DNA of 64,000 bases from Balneolaceae bacterium (GTDB lineage: Bacteria > Bacteroidota > Rhodothermia > Balneolales > Balneolaceae), in the NCBI GenBank assembly GCA_965242845.1, contig CBDETC010000002.1:297038-361037 (forward strand), read 5' to 3'. Both the position numbers and the translations under genes were made by a program. The notes beneath the pieces were generated by a model that was given only the letters and a program-made list of their open reading frames with translations, searched no databases and was not told the origin of the DNA. Positions 59,331-64,000 of the stretch are shown here, piece by piece. Each line of letters opens with the position of its first letter. Position 1 is the first letter of the stretch.

Positions 59331-59879
59331 TTAATTGCCATTTAATCTTTCGATTAAAATAACAGTAGAAGCTATTGCTGTAACTGTTGATGCAAATACC
59401 CCAAGATAATCCCGGAAGGATGGCCTTCTTTTTACTCGAACCGATATAGTATTGTTATTTTTAAGCTTAAATGCCCACATATCTTCTGGAAAGGACTCTT
59501 CAAATCTATATGTGAATTCTTCAACTAATTCATATTTATTAGTCTCTTTATTCAACTCATGCACATAAATTTCTACCCTCATTTTAGACCAATCTAAATT
59601 AGTCTGACCATCTCTAATCGTAATCATTCCTCCACTGTATGATAACAAATCAATGAGTTTCGTTCCCTTTGGAACAAGGTATCTTCCAGCACTATTCACA
59701 TCGCCCCATAAATTTAAAGAATCAGCTAATTCACCTGGTTCAGCTATTCGAATTATTCTCTCTGCCAATCTAAACTGTTGTGACCTATTCAATTGATCTT
59801 GTTGTGCAAAAACTAATTTAACATCAACACATAAAATTGTGATTAGAATGAAAAAAATGGACAGAAACTTATTTAACAT
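59331..59879 (-). CDS. short SLBB-domain protein (minimal Wza-like polysaccharide export component?)
   Basis: 182 aa with a signal peptide (VFAQ). One SLBB-like block LNLWGDVNSAGRYLVPKGTKLIDLLSYSGG...NNTISVRV and a C-terminal hydrophobic helix (LGVFASTVTAIASTVILI). Confidence 0.45.
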   Translation of the reverse strand: MLNKFLSIFFILITILCVDVKLVFAQQDQLNRSQQFRLAERIIRIAEPGELADSLNLWGDVNSAGRYLVPKGTKLIDLLSYSGGMITIRDGQTNLDWSKMRVEIYVHELNKETNKYELVEEFTYRFEESFPEDMWAFKLKNNNTISVRVKRRPSFRDYLGVFASTVTAIASTVILIERLNGN

Positions 59880-59944
59880 ACTCTTTTTGGCAAATGGTTT
59901 AAGCTTATAATATACTTTTTTTTAAGCTCCATATTTATGGAAAT

Positions 59945-60646
59945 TTACACTCTCATCAGACGCCTGGCTTCACTTCTTGTAAATCCAAGCTTCATCAGAC
60001 CTGTTAAATTATTTTCTATATCATACTCTACCCTAATGTTTTTATATACCTCACTAGCTGTATCTACGATACAGCATGATGCGCGATAATCACCATCTCT
60101 TGATTGCCCTACACTACCCGGGTTTATCAAAAATTTCCCATCCCTTTGATATTTACTAACACCAAATTTCTCTGAAACCATTGCTGGTTTATGTGTATGA
60201 CCTATAAAACATAGATGAGTATTATTTTTATCTATTATATCCCGCGCTTGGAAAGCACTCTCTACGTATACCCATTTTTCAGGATTTATTGGTGTAGAAT
60301 GTGCTGCTATCCATTCATCTTTGACTAAGGTAAGCGGTAATGATTTCAACCAAGACATTTGGTCTATAGAAATCAAGGATCTGGTAATTTCAATAAGTTT
60401 TCGATTTGGTAATCTAAAATGATTTAGAGACAAATCACCTACTACTCCAGCATCATGATTTCCTTTAACAGTAGGAATATCTCTTTCCATAATTATTTGA
60501 ATACACTCAGCAGGATTTGGACCATATCCAACCAGATCACCTAGACAAATCCATTGGTCTGGAGATTCTGCATCTAAAACTTCTAAAACTTTGCTAAGGG
60601 CGGGCAAATTACCATGAATATCAGATATAACTGCTATTTTGGCCAT
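59945..60646 (-). CDS. metallophosphoesterase (calcineurin-like, YfcE/MJ0936-type)
   Basis: Motifs IAVISDIHGN, CLGDLVGYGP, KGNHD and FIGHTH. Confidence 0.8.
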   Translation of the reverse strand: MAKIAVISDIHGNLPALSKVLEVLDAESPDQWICLGDLVGYGPNPAECIQIIMERDIPTVKGNHDAGVVGDLSLNHFRLPNRKLIEITRSLISIDQMSWLKSLPLTLVKDEWIAAHSTPINPEKWVYVESAFQARDIIDKNNTHLCFIGHTHKPAMVSEKFGVSKYQRDGKFLINPGSVGQSRDGDYRASCCIVDTASEVYKNIRVEYDIENNLTGLMKLGFTRSEARRLMRV

Positions 60647-60752
60647 TATTAATGAATAGAATCTTCGGGGTTCACATTATAAAAGCAATAAGCCTTAAAA
60701 TTAACTATTTCTTTGTTATCTTTGAAGTTTTAAAATTGTAATAATTCAGCTT

Positions 60753-63080
60753 ATGAATTTGAACGGCAATAACGGTTTTTCAGGCCCAGCAAATAATGGC
60801 AGCAATACAGTGAATGAAAAAGAGCAAGAGGTAGACTTAATTAAAATCCTAAATCTACTTTTCCTAAATAAGTGGAAAATTATTTTTATAACCCTCATTG
60901 GTGGCATCATAGCGGTAGTTTATGCAATTAATCAAATACCTATATACGAAGGAAAGGGAACTCTTATCATCTCTCAGAATCAAAACCGGTATTCATATGC
61001 TGGCTCAGACCTATCAAGCCTTCTGACCACCACATATGGGATAGGTGTGGGTAGCACTATCGCAAATGAATTACAGATTCTACGTTCGATAAAACAAAGT
61101 TATGAGTTGGCTGAAAGAATAAATGATATACATTACGATAAACAGGGTAATAAATTTCCAATTCTATGGAGAGCATACCCAGATGATTCTACTTCTATTG
61201 GAATAGATACCGTTGCTGCCAGGTATAAGGATTTTATTCGTTTTGATAGAATAGACCCTCAATCTGATGTCATTGGGATTTCTTTTGAGAGCCCTTCTTC
61301 AGAAGAAGCCGCTGTTATTGTCAATCAAACAATGGAAGCTTATACTGAATTATCGACAGATCAGAATCGAACTATGGCAGTTTCTGCTTTGTCTTTTCTT
61401 CGTGAAGAACGAGATAGAATTGGTGAAGAATTGATAAGTGTTGAAGACTCTTTAAGAGTATTTATGAATACAACTAATCTTGTTTCTGTAAATCAACAGG
61501 CTCAAAGCTTAATTGAAGAAACAGCCGATATTGTAACGCAGAGACAAACAGCAAAGATTAGTTTAATCTCTATTAATTCTGCTATTGATCAATACGAAAG
61601 TCAATTAAATGAAATCCGTCCCGGGCTTGCCGATCAATATACATCAGCAATTGCTCCTACCTTACAGAGGTATCAAATAGCCTTATCTGAACTGGAAACT
61701 GAAAAGCTTATGATTAAGGTAAAGAATCCGAATATTTCAGATACAAATCCCGAGCTTTCTAGAATTAACTCAAGAATTAATTCAATTAAGGAGCAGATAC
61801 TGGATTTAACAAATTCTTTTTTACAATCTGATTCCGAACTATATCTAAGTATCGCTTCAGGAGGGTCTGGTGTCCAGAAAATCTCTGAACTTTCCAGTAA
61901 ACTGATAGAACTTAGAGTCGAAAAAATTCAGTTGGAAAGCAGATCTGAGGTTCTCGATTCTTATTACTACCAGTTGAACTCTGAATTTGAATCACTCCCG
62001 GACAATATTATTAAACTTTCCAGATTACAAAGGGATGTAAAGATAAATGAAGAGCTATATTTACTTGTTTCTAATCAATTTGCTGAAATGAGTTTATGGG
62101 AGAAAACACAATTTGGAATGGGTAGACCCCTGGATTATGCTCTACCCCCTAAGAAACCAATTAGTCCCAGAAAAAAAATAATCACTTTTATCGGTTTACT
62201 CCTTGGAGGAGTATTAGGAGTTGGATTTGTTTTTATTAGAGAATTATTTGATGATAGAATCACCTCTACAGACACAATCAAAGACTTTAAACTGCCACTT
62301 TTGGGTACTATACCAGATTTCTCAATTTTGGATGGACTCAATTCGAATGATCGTCAATTTATCGATGATAAATCTGTGTCCAATCAATTAATTACGTTTC
62401 TAGATCATATCTCTCCAATTTCTGAAGCGTATCGCAGACTTAGAATCAATGTAGTATATGCTAACCCAGATAAGGTTCACAGAGTAATAATGGTAACTAG
62501 TGCTACCAAAGGGGAAGGAAAGAGCACATTAGCTGCTAATCTTGCTGTAACTTTTTCTGAAGCTGAAAAAAGCGTGCTTTTAATTGATCTTGATTTACGA
62601 AGACCTACACAACACAAGATTTTCGGGGAAAACAGAGAACCAGGGTTAACGGATTCCTTATTTGAAACTATCAAAATCAGTGATATTACTAGGGAGACAA
62701 TTGCTCCAAATGTTGATTTAATCACTGTTGGTAAAAAGACTCCTGAGCCTGCCACCGTATTGGATAGTAAGAGATTGAAACAGTTAATAGACAAGCTTTC
62801 TGAGCGGTATGATCACATTATACTTGATACCGCTCCATATGGAATTATTTCGGATTCTGCTTCTTTATTGCGACTTGTAGATGGGATCGTGGTAGTATCT
62901 AGATTTAATATAACTACTAAAAAAGAGTTGAAATACACACTTGAAGGTTTAAGTCACTTAAATGCTGATGTACTTGGCGTGGTGTTGAACGCTTTTGATC
63001 CAAAAAAGAGTACAGATTATTATACTAACTACTCCTATTATAAACGCACATATAGTGAATATTATCAGGAAGAAGTCTAA
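60753..63080 (+). CDS. polysaccharide co-polymerase / tyrosine autokinase (Wzc/GumC-like)
   Basis: 775 aa: TM, long periplasmic coiled region, second TM, then a kinase domain with Walker A VTSATKGEGKST, Walker A' LLIDLDLRRP and Walker B IILDTAP. Tyr-rich tail DYYTNYSYYKRTYSEYYQEEV. Confidence 0.85.
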   Translation: MNLNGNNGFSGPANNGSNTVNEKEQEVDLIKILNLLFLNKWKIIFITLIGGIIAVVYAINQIPIYEGKGTLIISQNQNRYSYAGSDLSSLLTTTYGIGVGSTIANELQILRSIKQSYELAERINDIHYDKQGNKFPILWRAYPDDSTSIGIDTVAARYKDFIRFDRIDPQSDVIGISFESPSSEEAAVIVNQTMEAYTELSTDQNRTMAVSALSFLREERDRIGEELISVEDSLRVFMNTTNLVSVNQQAQSLIEETADIVTQRQTAKISLISINSAIDQYESQLNEIRPGLADQYTSAIAPTLQRYQIALSELETEKLMIKVKNPNISDTNPELSRINSRINSIKEQILDLTNSFLQSDSELYLSIASGGSGVQKISELSSKLIELRVEKIQLESRSEVLDSYYYQLNSEFESLPDNIIKLSRLQRDVKINEELYLLVSNQFAEMSLWEKTQFGMGRPLDYALPPKKPISPRKKIITFIGLLLGGVLGVGFVFIRELFDDRITSTDTIKDFKLPLLGTIPDFSILDGLNSNDRQFIDDKSVSNQLITFLDHISPISEAYRRLRINVVYANPDKVHRVIMVTSATKGEGKSTLAANLAVTFSEAEKSVLLIDLDLRRPTQHKIFGENREPGLTDSLFETIKISDITRETIAPNVDLITVGKKTPEPATVLDSKRLKQLIDKLSERYDHIILDTAPYGIISDSASLLRLVDGIVVVSRFNITTKKELKYTLEGLSHLNADVLGVVLNAFDPKKSTDYYTNYSYYKRTYSEYYQEEV

Positions 63081-63120
63081 AGAAGGAATCACTTCTCAAC
63101 CTTACATTATTGATGAATAC

Positions 63121-63157
63121 AAAAAAAGCCCGCATGTATACATGCGGGCTTTTTTTG
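63121..63157. terminator. bidirectional rho-independent terminator between the convergent wzc-like gene and cysN
   Basis: Perfect palindrome GCCCGCATGTA|TACATGCGGGC, flanked by an A7 run on the left and a T7 run on the right. Confidence 0.85.
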
Positions 63158-63176
63158 TTGAAAAGACAATCCCTGC

Positions 63177-64000
63177 TTAAATAATCATTCCCGCACCAAC
63201 AGTTACATTAGTAAACTCATCTACAATAATTAGGCTACCAGTCGATCTGTTCTTCTTGTAACTGTCAAAAAACAACGGAGCTGTTGTTCTGATTTTAATC
63301 CTTCCTATGTCATTCAGGCCTATGTCAAAATCATCTTCTTTTCTATGAAGAGTATTTATATCAACCTTATACTTGATCTCTTTTACAATACAACGAGCTT
63401 CTTTTGTGGTGTGCTTAATTGTATACTTTCCATTTAATTGGAGTGGCTGCTGATTTAGCCAACATACCATTAGATCAATATCTTGCCCAGTTTGAGGCTG
63501 GTTATCAGGTTTTGCAATCATGTCCCCTCTACTAATATCAATATCGTCTTCCAATGTGATTGAAACAGACATGGGCTGATATGCTTCTCCGATCTCTTCA
63601 GCATGGTTATGAATGGATTTTATCTTCGAAGTAAACCCAGATGGCAAAGCAATAACTTCATCACCGGGTTTAAAAACACCGCCTTCTACCCTACCCGCGT
63701 ATCCCCGATAGTCAATATGATCTTTGGATTGTGGACGAACAACCCATTGAACTGGAAATCTTGAATCGATATGATTGTAATCACTATTTACTGCTACATT
63801 CTCAAGAGTATAGAGTAGAGTTGAACCTTTATACCAATCCATATTTGTTGATTTCTCAACTACATTGTCACCATAAAGCGCACTTATAGGGATATAATGG
63901 ATATCCGGCACATCTAGTTTAGAAGAAAATTCCTTGTATTGGCTTACCACTTTATCGAATGCTTCTTCACTATAATCAACCAGGTCCATTTTGTTTACGC
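63177..64000 (-). CDS. cysN: sulfate adenylyltransferase subunit 1 (CysN), C-terminal two-thirds; 5' end lies beyond the window
   Basis: The frame stays open to the window edge. Upstream of the track Met the frame reads VNKMDLVDYSEEAF, which is the NKxD G4 motif and matches E. coli CysN (VAVNKMDLVDYSEETF, from memory). EF-Tu-like domains II/III follow. There is no fused APS-kinase domain at the C-terminus. Confidence 0.85.
   Translation of the reverse strand, partial: VNKMDLVDYSEEAFDKVVSQYKEFSSKLDVPDIHYIPISALYGDNVVEKSTNMDWYKGSTLLYTLENVAVNSDYNHIDSRFPVQWVVRPQSKDHIDYRGYAGRVEGGVFKPGDEVIALPSGFTSKIKSIHNHAEEIGEAYQPMSVSITLEDDIDISRGDMIAKPDNQPQTGQDIDLMVCWLNQQPLQLNGKYTIKHTTKEARCIVKEIKYKVDINTLHRKEDDFDIGLNDIGRIKIRTTAPLFFDSYKKNRSTGSLIIVDEFTNVTVGAGMII

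Noticed and set aside
63177-63989. The track presents 63177-63989 as a complete 270-aa ORF.
   Set aside because: The frame stays open to the window end, and the upstream residues complete the NKxD GTPase motif of CysN. It is therefore a 5'-truncated view of a larger gene.
1-64000. I looked for rRNA, tRNA, CRISPR arrays, transposases, integrases, phage genes, toxin-antitoxin pairs and known defence-system hallmarks.
   Set aside because: None were recognised by eye. The intergenic space is small, with the largest gaps at about 265-290 nt. A tRNAscan/Infernal/PADLOC run would be needed to exclude them formally.

Overview
About 64 kb of densely coding chromosome with no rRNA, tRNA, CRISPR array, transposase or integrase that I could see. 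The gene content (XrtF-type exosortase, Alternative Complex III plus a caa3 oxidase, signal peptides ending in AQ, low GC) suggests an FCB-group bacterium, Bacteroidota or Balneolota-like. That assignment is inference, not shown by the sequence.

Layout:
- 1-3.8 kb: pxpA (partial) translationally coupled to an Nramp-fold transporter, followed by small housekeeping genes.
- 3.8-11.4 kb: a tightly packed 8-gene minus-strand array of mostly uncharacterised envelope proteins. It ends in a bacterial homologue of the eukaryotic GTDC1 (DUF3524) glycosyltransferase.
- 11.5-14.7 kb: an exported ADP-ribosylglycohydrolase-family protein, an inverted pair of small palindromic repeats, a lactonase and a DUF420 protein.
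- 14.9-27.9 kb: one 13-gene plus-strand respiratory unit, actABCDEF, a small membrane ORF, sco, then caa3 oxidase subunits II, I, III and IV, closed by a clean terminator.
- 27.9-34 kb: an MBL hydrolase, a 1121-aa membrane-anchored acidic coiled-coil protein, a HAD phosphatase and a BatA-like VWA protein.
- 34-63 kb: a roughly 27-kb surface-polysaccharide region split by an internal terminator. It starts at a divergent Wzc tyrosine kinase and a metallophosphoesterase and ends in an XrtF exosortase pair plus a glycerate kinase.
- 63.2-64 kb: cysN (partial).

Most interesting observations:
- The XrtF exosortase pair is translationally coupled to a WbpABDE-like diacetamido-uronic-acid operon.
- The polysaccharide locus is predicted to make a sulfated polymer containing several different uronic acids.
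- ActE carries a second c-type domain that is paralogous to the cytochrome c domain of oxidase subunit II.
- A bacterial GTDC1 (QTMAN-like) homologue is present.
- The Nramp-fold transporter lacks the metal-binding motifs and is coupled to pxpA.

All functional calls come from motif recognition by eye. No searches were run.
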